A stretch of DNA of 63,885 nucleotides, filler included, from Circinaria calcarea (GCA_051942165.1; 42 parts of 42 records of this genome joined end to end with filler, not necessarily neighbours in it); one strand, 5' to 3'; numbered from the whole stretch's first letter, positions 36,765 through 49,686 are shown. Notes: generated by a model from the letters alone, not told the origin. Numbers and translations are program-made.

Positions 36765-37387
36765 CGGTGTGATGCACCATGCCGAATCACACGCCGGCTC
36801 CTCGGGCTCTTCCTCCATCTTCTCTTCCGTGCTCTCGCACCTCACCTCCAACCAGTCGTCTCTGGCCCAGCAGCCGATTGACGAGTCGGAGGCTGTGAAT
36901 GCTCACCAGCAACTGTATGGCGGGGCCGGACAGGGCCAGCAGCACAGCAGCCAGGCGATGGGTGCGGGAGCAGCGATGCAGGCGCTGAAGATGTTCTCGG
37001 GCGGTGCGGGTCAGGGGGGTATGGGAGGTGGGAATAGTCAAAACCAGTTCATTGGGATGGCGATGGCGGAGGCGGGGAAGCTATTTGATCAGCAGAGCGC
37101 GCAGGGAAAGGTGGTAAGTCTCTTTTCCTCTCAAGGGTATCAATTCTGGAAGCTATGTGCACATCCTATGCTGGATGCGAGATTAAGGATAGGATTCCGT
37201 GAGACGGGCTTTACTAATAAACACATGATATGAACTGCAGGCTCCCTCGGCAAGCAAACAGAGCGCCGTCACTTCGGCGGCCGAGATGGCTTTGAAGATG
37301 TATATGAAGAGTCAGATGGGCGGTGGTGGCAGTGGTGGAGGTAGTGGTGGTGGTGGTTTGATGGGGATGGTGAGCAAGTTTCTGTAG
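36765..37387 (+). CDS. Gly/Gln-rich conserved fungal protein (beta-flanking-protein-like), 3' part (intron 37114-37240)
   Basis: GAGAAMQALKMF, FIGMAMAEAGKLFD, KQSAVTSAAEMALKMY. Confidence 0.75.
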
Positions 37388-38294
37388 AAGAATGATGGGC
37401 CGTTGGTGTTAGGTCAGCGTGTACAGTAGCAAGAAGAAAGGCATTGAATACTGCACTTGAACGATAATGTCCACTGAGAGAAAATGAGATGTTCGGTAGA
37501 GATCACGGAGCTTAAGAGACCCGGGCGAAGATAAAATTACTCTCAACCATCCCGTATGAGGTTTTTCTGTGGATCTTTCAGGGCCCCCCAGAAAATGCGA
37601 ATGCCAATATTATCCAAAGGACGACGCTCGTGCTCCTAAACACCTTGGTGCCGTTCCAATCAATCATGTAGACTTTATCGAAATCTATGCACCTCTGATG
37701 TTGGATTGGGTTACGGTTCCCTCCTTTTCTCTCGGCACGGGTAGTTTTGTGCTTTTAATAGCCAAGCCATTTAATTTCCCATGTCCCGGCCGATCGTTCG
37801 TATTCCCCAGCTACAAACGCGCTTCGCCTCCTCGTGGTCGAGATTGAATCTGGGGAAACTGAAGCTAAAGTCGGTCTAACGATGGAGGTCCCCGGTTCCA
37901 GGGCCGTTATTGTGCTGCATTCGTGCAAAAGTCCATGGATTCATCCTCGTGCAAATCACCCAGATCGAACCTAGGCCCAGGCCTAGGCCTGTTCCGGGTG
38001 CATCTCATTTCCAGTACCAACGCCTTTCTCCTCCTCGTGCTTGGTGTGTCGCCAAATGTAGTTGTACATTATTGCTTCCTTTTCCCATCTTTTGATGTTT
38101 TCTGTTCTGTCTGCCTCGCGTTGCTTTTGATCATACCACCGCTTCACTCTTTCAGCGGGCACTCGTTTGCAGTATATATCATTANNNNNNNNNNNNNNNN
38201 NNNNNNNNNNNNNNNNNNNNNNNNNNNNTTAATTAATTAANNNNNNNNNNNNNNNNNNNNNNNNNNNNNNNNNNNNNNNNNNNNCATGTCCTAG

Positions 38295-39191
38295 TTGGAA
38301 ACAGTGCAATCAGGTCTTCAAGCAGACCCAGAGAATGCTGAGCTGCTGAATCTCAAGTTGGAGCTTGAAGAAGTCATTACCCTCACCGAGACGGCGATCG
38401 CAGAGCTAAAGCCAGCACCAGCACCAGCACAAGTACCGTCAAGGAAACAGTCTCCACCGCCCGTCAAAGAAAAATGGTCCAAGGAAAACCACCCCGCCTT
38501 TCAAGCAGGTTATCGCAGACCGGCTGTGCCTCCAAGCCCTACCGAGGAACTCCAAACACAGACCACTTTCTCTGTCAACGACAACGTCCTTGCCAAATGG
38601 AAGTCGGGAGATAAGGCCTTTTACCCGGCCAAGATAACTTCAATAACAGGATCTTCCAGCAAACCTGTTTACATTGTCACCTTCAAGTCCTATGCGACCA
38701 CCGAGACTCTCGCGGCAAATGACATCAAACCGATGGCGAACGAGTCGAGGAAGCGAAAGGCTGATGGTGCGCCAGGAACCCCAATAGCGCCGTCGATACC
38801 AATCAACGCCAACGTCATTTCAGCAGCCGCTGACATTGATCCTGCCCTTGCCAGCCAGGCGAAGAAGGAGCCCAGCAAAGTCAGTGATGGACCGACCAGA
38901 CCAGCAAAAGTGCCCCGGAAGGTGAAAGCCAACAAGGAACTTGAGGCCGGAAAGAATAAATGGCAGGATTTTACCACAAAGGGAAAAGTCAGCAAGGTGG
39001 CAAGAAGAGATAGCATGTTTCGAACTCCGGATGGTGTTAATGCCAGAGGTAATCAATCACGTTCTACATGTTTGCCCGGGAGGTTGCTAACTTTATATCT
39101 AGTGGGCTTCACGGGATCAGGTCAGCAAATGCGAAAAGATGCGACTCGGAGTCGACATATCTACCAGCAAGGCGAGGAAGAAGGGTATTGA
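38295..39191 (+). CDS. SPF30: Tudor-domain splicing factor SPF30/SMNDC1 (intron 39049-39102)
   Basis: LQADPENAELLNLKLELEEVI, Tudor VLAKWKSGDKAFYPAKI, SMFRTPDGVNAR|VGFTGSG. Confidence 0.9.
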   Translation: METVQSGLQADPENAELLNLKLELEEVITLTETAIAELKPAPAPAQVPSRKQSPPPVKEKWSKENHPAFQAGYRRPAVPPSPTEELQTQTTFSVNDNVLAKWKSGDKAFYPAKITSITGSSSKPVYIVTFKSYATTETLAANDIKPMANESRKRKADGAPGTPIAPSIPINANVISAAADIDPALASQAKKEPSKVSDGPTRPAKVPRKVKANKELEAGKNKWQDFTTKGKVSKVARRDSMFRTPDGVNARGNQSRSTCLPGRLLTLYLVGFTGSGQQMRKDATRSRHIYQQGEEEGY

Positions 39192-41323
39192 TGGAGGTTG
39201 GCAACCCATGGTGTTCTTCAAGGCGTGGTATTGTTACTTTTTCCAGATAGGCTTTTTGCTGGATGATAATCGAAGTCTTTCTTGTTACCACAGACTGACT
39301 ATGGTTTAATGGATCGTCGATCCAAACACAGGTGGTGCTAGAATCGAAGTGCCCACACAACTATCAACTTCCATCTACTCTTGCATATGACAATGGTTGG
39401 CTCCATCCGTATACAGTCCACAAGCTAAGCAAGGATCGGAGTGATACAGGAGGTCGGTCTTTCGTCAAGCATTCTCCTCCACCTACCAGGTTATATGACC
39501 TGCATTCCTTATCCAGAATCGGATCTAGAACTAAGCAACTATACTTCTACGGGGAAATGTATAAAATCCGGGCCATACTCTACAAAACCAAGAGAAATTT
39601 TATCCAATCCTGAATAAGCCTAAAGTCTAAGGCTAACTCCCAAGCCTCCCTTGAGAGCCGTACCTTTAGGGGGGCAATCAACCGTTCATTTCACAACCGG
39701 TACCNNNNNNNNNNNNNNNNNNNNNNNNNNNNNNNNNNNNNNNNNNNNTTAATTAATTAANNNNNNNNNNNNNNNNNNNNNNNNNNNNNNNNNNNNNNNN
39801 NNNNGCTGAATGTACAGTACATAGATTCTTCCAGAACTACTACGAGAATGGTAGATATTACGCTTGAACTAATTTTCCTTCGCCGTGCGTGTGCATGAAT
39901 AGATTCTAGAATACGAAGTATGGGAAGACTAGCCCAACCTCAACCAAAGCATTTGGTAAATGTTCTCCCCAAATCATGTCCCACCGTCCACACTACTCCT
40001 TTCCAGGCCCAGTATCTCATAGCGTACTATATATAAGAAATGCTTTTTCCTTTTATTTTTTTTTATTTTTTAATTTCTTTGGGGCAAAAGACACGTACCG
40101 CCTCAGATGCTTTCTATCATCTTACTCGGCCATTAGTCCGGTCGTGTTTTTGAAGCCCCATGCAGAACAGGAAATGGGAAAGGCTAATAAAGGGACAGAT
40201 GTAATAGGGCCCAAAAAAAGTCATGATCCGAACGAGGGAGAGATAGTAATGTTACGATAAGGGAGGTATTGCTACTCGTAGGGGAAACTACGAGGACTCC
40301 AGTCGAAAGCCGAAGTATCCCTTCTGGCGCTTCATCTGTGATGGAAAGGGAAAGCCCGGCAGAAGCCGAGACAGAAGAAATCTCATACATGAAGAAGCTC
40401 CCCCTTTCCTGTTTTTAAACTTCCGTTGCCTCATCACATCCGCCCTACCTTTTTTCGTGTCTCCACTCCAATTTCACTCCACAACACTCTTCTTGTCTCT
40501 TTCAACGCAACACCTGTGCAATGTGACGTGCCGTCGCTCGTTCCGGATCAAAAGGTTGACTTGGAGACGTATCAACGAAGGATGAGGCTAACTCCTGCAA
40601 CTGTTGTGATAAAGTACTATCATTGGCGTTAGAGACCCATATTGCCACTCCGTCCACTCCGTCCACTCCGTCAGGGGGTAAATAGCCTCGGTTATCGGCC
40701 ATTGAAGTTCCGGGTTTTAAAAAGGGGGCAACACAGTGACTGGCAGCCTTGTAAGGCTGTGCGTAGGGCTGCAGTGAACTGATAGTACGGGCTTGGCAGT
40801 GCCTTGCTCTCAAACACGTCAACGACGCCGTCTTCCAGGACACTTTTCTAATTCCTCTCTACTTACCACTTCATTTTCCAAATCGTCACCCTGTCACAGC
40901 CTGTGGCTTTGTCTTTTCCTCCTGCTTATTCTGGTTGGAAGGCCAAACAATTGTTGTAGTCCCATGGAATCGCCTACTTTACTGATGGAACTCAATGGTA
41001 ATTCACAGGTGCCGTTTTGCAGAGCAACGCAATCATTAACCGATTGAATGTAAGCCTCCAAGAAGGCTCTCTTCTTACTATGGCGATTTTCCCCACAGTT
41101 GGTACTACGGAGAGGTTGGACAAGAACAGACAAATCAGAGATCCACAGTCTTTACATTTTAGCATTTCACAGTTGGCAGTGTATCGAAACTGAGGGCCAA
41201 TGTTCCATCTAATGCTGTCTATTNNNNNNNNNNNNNNNNNNNNNNNNNNNNNNNNNNNNNNNNNNNNTTAATTAATTAANNNNNNNNNNNNNNNNNNNNN
41301 NNNNNNNNNNNNNNNNNNNNNNN

Positions 41324-41979
41324 CATTCGTGACGTGGTAAACCGGCGATCGACCGTAGAGCTCCGACATGGGAGCGATCAGAAGAGGACCGAAGGCATAT
41401 CCGAGGACGTAGACGGAAACGACAAACGATGACAAAAGTCTATCATGGGAGTTGAACTCTCGCAAGACTTCGGGAACACCAGGTGCAAACATCGAGGAAG
41501 CAAGTGGACTACTCTCATTGTCAGTCCAGGCATGAATCTCTATGCGAGACGGGGCACTCCTACGTGATAAAGGTCATGCAGGAGAGTAGAGCAATGAGGC
41601 TCCATTTAACCTTCTCCGACCAGTTCAGCGGATTGGCCGGGTCATCGGGGCCATCCCAATCAACCACATTCGGGTCTGGGAGCCCAGCCTTATCCGAAGA
41701 AGTATGGGCGATGGCCCCCTTCTCGATATCGCCGTCTTCATTCTCCTGGCGGATCGACAGGGATGAAGGCGTTTTCGAAATGGTTTTCTCCCCCAGTGTT
41801 GTATCTAATGTTGGCTCCTCACCCGTCATTTGCTCTGCCATTGGCCTCGAAGACGTGTGCGTTCGCTTCTGATTGTCAACGACGCCGTCATTTGCTTTGT
41901 GAGCTTCCGACTCCAGCTCGAGGTTGTCCGTCTGCAGCTCCTCGGCTGTGGACAGGGCCTGAGGTATTGTCTCGGACAT
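41324..41979 (-). CDS. MFS DHA1 multidrug transporter, 5' part
   Basis: [37 protein letters not shown]. Confidence 0.93.
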
Positions 41980-42626
41980 TGCGAAGGTGGAGGGAAGGCT
42001 TCATCTTTGAATCAGTCCACGAACACGTGTAATCTGTATGGTTGAAGCAGTGGTTGAATGAAAACGAACCATACTTGCAAGTGCGAACGCCGACTTACTG
42101 AACTCGCGGGTCGGCCCGTACGCCAAGTGAAAATGCTTGTTTCTTCGGTTTCCCCTCTTTGGATGGGTCAGATCCAACTCTTACCGGAGCATAGCAATAG
42201 TACGAAGGGCAGGAAATATAGTCGGAAACGACGACAGCGATCGCTACGAGCAGTTCATTGCCTCAGACTGGAGCCCCTCATTAGGAGGAGTCCTTCAGCC
42301 GAGGGCACGAAGACAATCATTCCAATCCAGGCGACTTGTGTAACTTTGTGCTCGATTTTTAATGCGTTACCATGTGCGGGCTGGTGCAGGTTTATGCAGG
42401 TTTATGCAGGTTTATGCATGATTCATGCCCCACGTACAGAGTACCCTGTACCTACGCACTAATCCGGATGCACTCGAGCACAACGTGGGTGGGACTCGAT
42501 GCTTCATCACTGGCACACGAGCATTGCATATATACAATTGAAGGCGATTGAAAGCACCGGCATCGCCACCGCCTTCAATGCACGACCCTTCCCCGTTCCA
42601 TGGCCGGCCATCAATATCTCCTTTCA

Positions 42627-42742
42627 TCAAAATGCCATCACCTTCTTGATTTCTGCAATCGCCTTCCCGGGGTTCAACCCCTTCGGGCACGTCCTCGAAC
42701 AGTTCAAAATTGTGTGGCACCGATACAAACTCATCGAGTTAT
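42627..42742 (-). CDS. SDH2: Succinate dehydrogenase iron-sulfur subunit, C-terminus
   Basis: [37 protein letters not shown]. Not in the ORF track. Confidence 0.95.
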
Positions 42743-42998
42743 NNNNNNNNNNNNNNNNNNNNNNNNNNNNNNNNNNNNNNNNNNNNTTAATTAATTAANN
42801 NNNNNNNNNNNNNNNNNNNNNNNNNNNNNNNNNNNNNNNNNNCGCTCTTTAGAATAGCATGCTTATAGACCGTGTTCAATAGACTCCATACTATTGAGCC
42901 TAGGGCAACAGTTCAACTACACCCTATGTAACCGTGCTATCACCAATCGGGACTTATCATATTCCTCAATAGGCCCCAAGGATTGCAGCGCCCTTACA

Positions 42999-43166
42999 CG
43001 AGGTTACGAGATATTAATTTAATAAATAAAATTCTTTTCGCGAAATATTATATTAGAATTCTTTAATAATAATTTATATACTTACGCGAACCCATTAAGC
43101 TTGTTATCATATAGTTTATCGACCCTTATCGTAAGATTATTATATTATTCGTAAAGGATCCTTATA
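42999..43166 (+). mobile_element. RIP-mutated 3' part of LTR family B
   Basis: Aligns with ~55558-55725 with C>T/G>A changes, including the terminal CTTACA>CTTATA. Confidence 0.85.
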
Positions 43167-43649
43167 GTAGCGCCCTCCCTGTAATGCATGACCCGAAGGG
43201 CTGCGCCGGGCCTACGTGCGCCCGCCTGGAGCTAAACCATGAATAACCCTGAAACCGCCCATCACGCTTTACAGCTTAAGACTGGGAGTATATCACTAGA
43301 ATTGGGTTCAAATCCCATTAGCGCTTGCCTTTTGGCTGGCCTTATGGTACCCCGTTCTATTCTCTCTCCCGTCCTGCTTTTCTCTGCCTGCCCCGCTCTC
43401 CCCGAACAGCTGGTACGCTAAGGTATTAAGCAATTAAAGCAAGAGCTGTGCTAGTTCCAACTTCACACCTTACCACGCATCCGCGGAACCCTACAAGCAC
43501 TGCTCATAAGCCACTCTTTTAGATAACATCACTCATTACTTATTTTAGCATTAACACTCCTTGACCATTGCCGGCCTGTACATTTGAACGAGCATTAATG
43601 GATTGAGAACCAACCTACCCAAAACTTGAGCCTTCTTGGAACTATCATT

Positions 43650-44261
43650 ATGGTGGTCATCGACCAGCATGAGTACCTTTGTGAGGAGGAAAAGAGACTA
43701 AAGGATGACCGTGAACGTAAAAGATATTGGAAGAAATGGGGTCCATATGTTGCCGAACGCCAGTGGGCTACAGGTTGGTTATCCTATCTATCTTTACCCA
43801 CACCCAGACCGAGCTTATTGTCAATTCCTATCAGTGAGGGAGGATTACTCGTGAGTATTACCCTAGCCTTGTTTTGGACCGGTAGTTGTTCACTTGAGAT
43901 GGTATAGAGGCCAACACTAATGCCTTGATGGCGTACTAAGCTTTGGTAGACTTTACACATGATGATGCGCGATCTCGGACCTTCCGATGGGGCGAGGATG
44001 GTATTGCTGGGATTTCTGACTCCCATGGTCTCCAAAATGTGGCCTTCGCATTCTGGAACGAGAAAGAGTACGGGGAACACCGAGAGCATGTCTCTTCCTA
44101 TTCTATTCTGACTATTCTTTAGCAACTTCTTGAAAGAGCGACTATTTGGATTGTCGAATCCCCAGGGTAATCACGGTGAAAGCATTAAAGAGGCTCACTT
44201 CCACCTCGATGATACACCTACAGTAAACACTCCCTTAGGACCTCCTCACAACGCTACTGAC
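43650..44261 (+). CDS. GH63-like glycoside hydrolase (YMR196W-like), 5' exons
   Basis: [57 protein letters not shown]. Confidence 0.88.
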
Positions 44262-44361
44262 NNNNNNNNNNNNNNNNNNNNNNNNNNNNNNNNNNNNNNN
44301 NNNNNTTAATTAATTAANNNNNNNNNNNNNNNNNNNNNNNNNNNNNNNNNNNNNNNNNNNN

Positions 44362-45777
44362 GAAGGGAACTCGGAGAGCCAGATCACCGATTCTGATGCC
44401 TCAACGGCAGTTTCAGATATTGATTCGAACCTTAGCGCTCCTGATCTTGATTACCAGCCCTCGGAAGATGCCCAATCTTCAGTGGAAGACGGGGGCATGG
44501 ACTCTGAGCACAGCGAAGATCTTAACGACTCAGAGGAACACTCTTCCACTGAAGATCATGATCAAGGATCATCTGGGAGGCTTAGATCCCCCAGCACTGA
44601 CTCGGAATCGGAATCTTTTTCTCCGCCGCCGTTAAGGAAGCGCGGTAGGCCTTTAAGCTCGAAGAATAAACCGAAACCGACTGAAGACGCCTCTGTATTT
44701 CCGTTACAGAGAGCGCTTCGCCCCCGTGACAACCGGGATAATGTTCTCGCGTGCCTGGACTTAACAGAGGAACCGGAGCCTAATGGCTATCGCCAGGCTA
44801 TCCAGTCCCCTGAAGCCAGGGAATGGCAAACGGCAATGCAAGCCGAATTCGATAGTCTCACCAAGATGGGTACTTGGAAAGTTGTTGACAAGCCCGAGGG
44901 CCGCAACGTTTTATCCACGCGGTGGGTCTATAAGCGAAAGCTTGGATCGGACGGCCAAATTGTTCGTTATAAGGCTAGATTTGTGGTACGGGGTTTTAGC
45001 CAAGTCTACGGCGTTGATTTCGATGAAACATACGCCTCAACGGTAAAACCACCGTGTTATAAATTGCTCTTCGCCTATCAAGCGATCATGGGTTGGAAGT
45101 GTGGCCTAATGGATGCCGTTACGGCATTCCTCAACGGCGACGCTGATCGAGAGATCTTCATCCAACCGCCTGAAGGATTCAGGCTACCACCTGGAAAGGT
45201 GATGTTGCTGTTAAAGGCCCTTTATGGCCTGAAACAGTCCCCTCGGATTTGGTACCAAAAGTTTGTCAACTGGGCCAAATCCGAGGGCTGGAGGGTCTGT
45301 GTGAAGGATCCCTCCGTGCTAATCTGGGAAGGTGAGAAGCCCGAGGATAAGGCTATCCTCACAATTCACGTTGACGATGCGGCCATCTATGCCCCTAATA
45401 GATTGGCTATAGCAACCGTTAAACGCACCATGTCTGACCAATTTGAAATGGTGGACCTTGGGGACTGCTCATTCTATCTGGGTGCTCATATTTACCAGAA
45501 CCCTGCCTCTGGAGATGTACATATTCATCAAGCAAAGTACATCTCTGAAATGCTTAATCGCTTCGGGCTTAACGGTATCTCACCTAGCCCCATCCCCATG
45601 GCATTTGGATTGAATCTGGATAAGGTGACGGATCACAGCGCGTCCGTCACCTCCAAAAGGCTTTACCAATCCATGATTGGCTCCCTCGGTTACTTGCGAA
45701 CGATGGCTAGACCCGATATTGCTTTTGCTGCGGGCTACCTTCAACGATTTCAACAGAACCCAGGTGAGGCCCATTTT
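44362..45777 (+). mobile_element. Ty1/Copia retrotransposon pol (integrase-RT linker and reverse transcriptase), open across the whole contig
   Basis: WQTAMQAEFDSL, RWVYKRK, YKARFVVRGFSQ, DAVTAFLNG, KALYGLKQSPRIW, HVDD, YQSMIGSL, RPDIAF. Confidence 0.97.
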
Positions 45778-45878
45778 NNNNNNNNNNNNNNNNNNNNNNN
45801 NNNNNNNNNNNNNNNNNNNNNTTAATTAATTAANNNNNNNNNNNNNNNNNNNNNNNNNNNNNNNNNNNNNNNNNNNNG

Positions 45879-46076
45879 GAAAAAGGGAAGTATTATCCGA
45901 TTCGAATAATATGGGCAAACGCAGGTGGACCAGGAAGCTTCCAGTTCGAAATCAAAGCACCGGATGGAACAATCGTTGCTGATAGTAAATCCGGCGTATC
46001 TAAGTTCCTGGTTCAATATTCTTGCGATGGAACCAGCGCGCCGAAGTTCCCAACGCCTTTCGGGTCTGAGACTTAG
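45879..46076 (+). CDS. GLEYA/PA14-type adhesin domain protein, C-terminus
   Basis: EKGKYYPIRIIWANAGGPGSFQFEIKAPDGT...LVQYSCDGTSAPKFP*. Not in the ORF track. Confidence 0.8.
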   Translation, partial: EKGKYYPIRIIWANAGGPGSFQFEIKAPDGTIVADSKSGVSKFLVQYSCDGTSAPKFPTPFGSET

Positions 46077-46724
46077 TTTCAAAACTGATGATCGACCTGA
46101 AAAGGTGTCAAGTGTTGCACCTGGCTATAGTGGCATAGGCGGCAGATATTTAAACGTGGGAGAAGGCAGTTGATTTAGGCGAGATGAGGTGGAAGACGCT
46201 TTGCTGCTCGTTAGATTGCGAATGTTCATTACTGATTTTCAGCTTGGCTATTACCTCGCTCTTTTACCACTTGTGTTTCTATTCTTATTTCTTATTTTTG
46301 GAAAAAGTCCAGGAAGCCTTCCACTCATTTTTGTCCGAAACCTCCACCCCATGTTTAGGTAGTATTTAAAAAAGCAGCTGGTTCCGTTCTGATCCCCTAT
46401 CTGACCGTGGGTCAAAGAGTTAAGCCTTGTGCCTGCTCAAAGTTGAAATGCCGTACGGGTTATCTCATTAAAGAATCTCTAAACCCCAACTGTTTAATTT
46501 TTCATAAATAGTCGCGTTCTAAATAAGCGTTTGTTATGGCTATCACGCAAAAAAACCGCAAGCTCCATTAACTTATCCGGTTGTATCTTGTTTACTGTTC
46601 ACCAGGTCCGTTGTGTGTCGTGCCCCTTTGCTCCTCTTTTCATAATCTGTTTAGTTGCTTTTGGCAGTGAGTTGATGCCCCGCTTTTGAAATTCTTCGTT
46701 TAATCTCCCCCCGGGGGGCTTTTT

Positions 46725-46884
46725 TGTTGAGCAGTATATGTGGGTGGCATGCATGTATTGCTATCTGAGTGGTGTAACTAACCAGACTAGCTATACAGCA
46801 TAAAAGTGCTTTTATGGGGTGCGTAGAAAGTCCGAAGTGTTGAGCGTGGTGACCGCGTGATAATTCGTAAGCCACACGTGACTC
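46725..46884. other. Conserved non-coding element, copy 2
   Basis: Same ordered blocks as 9343-9492. Contains the palindrome CATAAAAG-TG-CTTTTATG. Confidence 0.7.
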
Positions 46885-48904
46885 GAGAAAGCCCTCTGCT
46901 TTCCAGCATTTTCTTGCCTCAGCTCCCTCAGATTTCCCCCACTTTTTGGCAATGGAAAACTCCCTCCCACCATTCTTTCTTCACGTTCCCGCCCTTTTCT
47001 CCACCCTCCACGACTTTACCCCCCGAAACCCTCTTAGTCCGAATCATCGGAGACTCTGGAGACTTGGGGATTTATCCCACTGCTCATGTCATGCCATGCC
47101 AGTCATCCATTTTGTTTCGAAAGAGATAAAAAAGAAAGGGGGGGGGGAGGAAGATTGATATAATATGCTGGTTTCGATCTCGGTTTCGGTTGTTTAATAG
47201 CTGATGAGAAGACGAGGTGGAGTATCTCCCAAGGACTACTCGGGTTTGGGGGAAATTACGGGAAGGGAGGTTACGGGGAGAGGGGGTTGGGGNNNNNNNN
47301 NNNNNNNNNNNNNNNNNNNNNNNNNNNNNNNNNNNNTTAATTAATTAANNNNNNNNNNNNNNNNNNNNNNNNNNNNNNNNNNNNNNNNNNNNTACCCATT
47401 GCGGTAGGGGGACGTACCGTTGGAAGCCCGGCAACGGCTCGTAGACTGGTGCAGCGTCGACAACTCCAATGCCTTTCAACGTCCGATCTAAACATGCAAA
47501 GTCAGCACCCTAAATCCCGTGGTAGAGCAAAATCACGAGTACGAAAGAATAAAGGGCTCTTACAAGCAAATTGAGTGGGAAAGGCCATGACTAGTAAAAG
47601 TCACAGAAGTATTTAGCTTTCGAACGTATCACCCACGTCTTTAATCAGCGATTTGGTATCCGAGTCGAGGGCAATGATCTGCCGACGAGAGTGCAGTACC
47701 GGCTGGAGTGTGAGTCGAGCTACTTTGATCTTGGGGATCTTTTGACTCGAACGGCCACGTTAGTATTCGAACAGCGACAAATCCGATGATGGGTGTTTGA
47801 GACTTGGAGTTGAGGTAGTAAGCGTGAGGGTGGAGGGCGGAGGGCGGAGGACGGAGGGAAGGGCACGTTTCCAACACAAGAGAGACGTTTCGACATTATT
47901 TAATTCAGGTGTCACCACTAAACTCTCCTAGACGACCACCGTAGCCCCTGTCCAACGGTCGGTAGTTAGCCGTCGATCTCCGCCCTATCAGTCTCGGTAC
48001 CATAACCACTTTGACATCCCCTTTTGGACACATAGTGTTGAGATTCTGTCGCTGTTGAGACAGATGGTATTGTATGTCAGCACTTTCGCTGCCTTTCAAC
48101 TACGCACCGTATTCTACATCTTTGTCAGTGGCAGAAAGACTGCTGGCTGGTTAAGGTTCTTGATTACTTCTATGCCCGTCCGATTTAGATCAGCTACTGC
48201 GATACTCTTTTCAATTCTATCTGCTCAGTGGTCCTCCGTAGGCTTGAATAAGGAAGTTGAATTGGTCAATGGCTATGTCTATTCGCAAGCCGCTCAGATC
48301 TGAAAGCTTGGAGAATAGTATCCGGCAAGATGTTAATGGGGCCACTACCACCAGCCCCGCCTTTGACACAGTCATTTACAAGCACGAGGCGTTTGTCCGA
48401 TCTGTAGGTGAACATGAGTGCAGGAAGCGTCCTCCAGTACGATCGTGTAAGTACGACGATGACAATTGCTCTCCAAATCTTGATTGTCATCAGTGGGGAT
48501 GGCTTCGATAGCGTATAGAGTAATGCTAGACCGGGGGTATCTGAGATTGATTCAAACACCAGCGGAATGAAACATGCCAGCTAAAAGTTACCGCTTCTTG
48601 GTAATCAATGTTGGTAAATCATTCCTCGGTTTAGGCTGGCAAATTAGATTGTTAACGATACAGATCGCTCGAAAAGTGGTTCCACCCATTCTGATGGGAA
48701 TTGCCGCCCTTGTACCTTATAATCTTCACCTCACCCGGCCAGTACCCGTCCACGTATTTCTCCCCCAAAGTAAGCGCACGCTCGTAAGCAGCCTTTCTCT
48801 CTCTNNNNNNNNNNNNNNNNNNNNNNNNNNNNNNNNNNNNNNNNNNNNTTAATTAATTAANNNNNNNNNNNNNNNNNNNNNNNNNNNNNNNNNNNNNNNN
48901 NNNN

Positions 48905-49686
48905 CCTCCTCCTCCAGCAGACAGAGGCAGCGGCAACGACGTAAACGGACCCCAGCGGAACGCCAACACGCCGCCGATCGTCAGGTTCTCGAGCGCGAGC
49001 GAGCGGAGACGGGGCAGGGAGGCGGATTCGAGGGCGTGCCGGGTGGAGATGAGGAGAGGGGGGGCGATGAGAGAGGTGAGTGCTGCGGAAGAAGAAGATG
49101 ACGAGCTAGGGGGTGAGAGATGGAGGCGTAGGTGTGTGAGGTTGGGGAGGCGGTTGAAAAAGGAGGTGAGTGCGAGGACGGAGACGGAGACGGAGACGGA
49201 GGGAGGCGGGCCCGGATGTGGTGAGCTGGGATACGGGGAGAGGGAGAGGTGCAGGATGCGGACGTGCTCGCTGATTCTCTGCAGGGCGCTGGGATCTTTA
49301 CCTCGTTTTCCGTCCTCCTTGCCCTTGCCTTTGCCTTTATCCGTCGGCGCTTTCCCAACCTCGGACCACCTTCTCCCTCCGGCCCCCTTCTTCTCGGCTC
49401 CTTCTCGCCCCACCGGCAGTTGCTGTTCGGGATAGGCGTGCCAGACCGTCTCGAAAGCCTTGTCGAGGAGAGGCTCGACGGCATCCCTGCACGTGCGCGA
49501 AACGAGGCGCAGCGCGAGGAAGTCCTCTTGCGGGAGGAAGGAGAGGAGATAGCGGCCTGGGAGGGGGTGAGTAGGAACGTGGAGGTAGAGAGCGCGATGG
49601 GAGTTTGGGTTTGGGACCGGGAGGGTTTGAGCGAGGAGGAAGGCGTGGAAGGGGGAGGCGCGTTGGTTGGACTGTTTGGAGGGCAT
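48905..49686 (-). CDS. F-box-like protein, 5' part
   Basis: LLSFLPQEDFLALRLVSRTCRDAV followed by LRR-like FNRLPNLTHLRL and LPRLRSLAL. Confidence 0.65.

Noticed and set aside
39805..41223. Several short ORFs
   Set aside because: No recognisable motifs or consistent exon structure. Possibly degenerate.
42412..42720. 102-aa minus-strand ORF
   Set aside because: Wrong frame. The real coding frame is the SDH2 C-terminus ending at 42627.
47195..47260. CTGATGAG...GAAA resembling a hammerhead ribozyme core
   Set aside because: No convincing stems I-III could be formed by eye.
47393..48804. Possible spliced minus-strand gene
   Set aside because: Some intron-like signals, but no coherent frame could be reconstructed.
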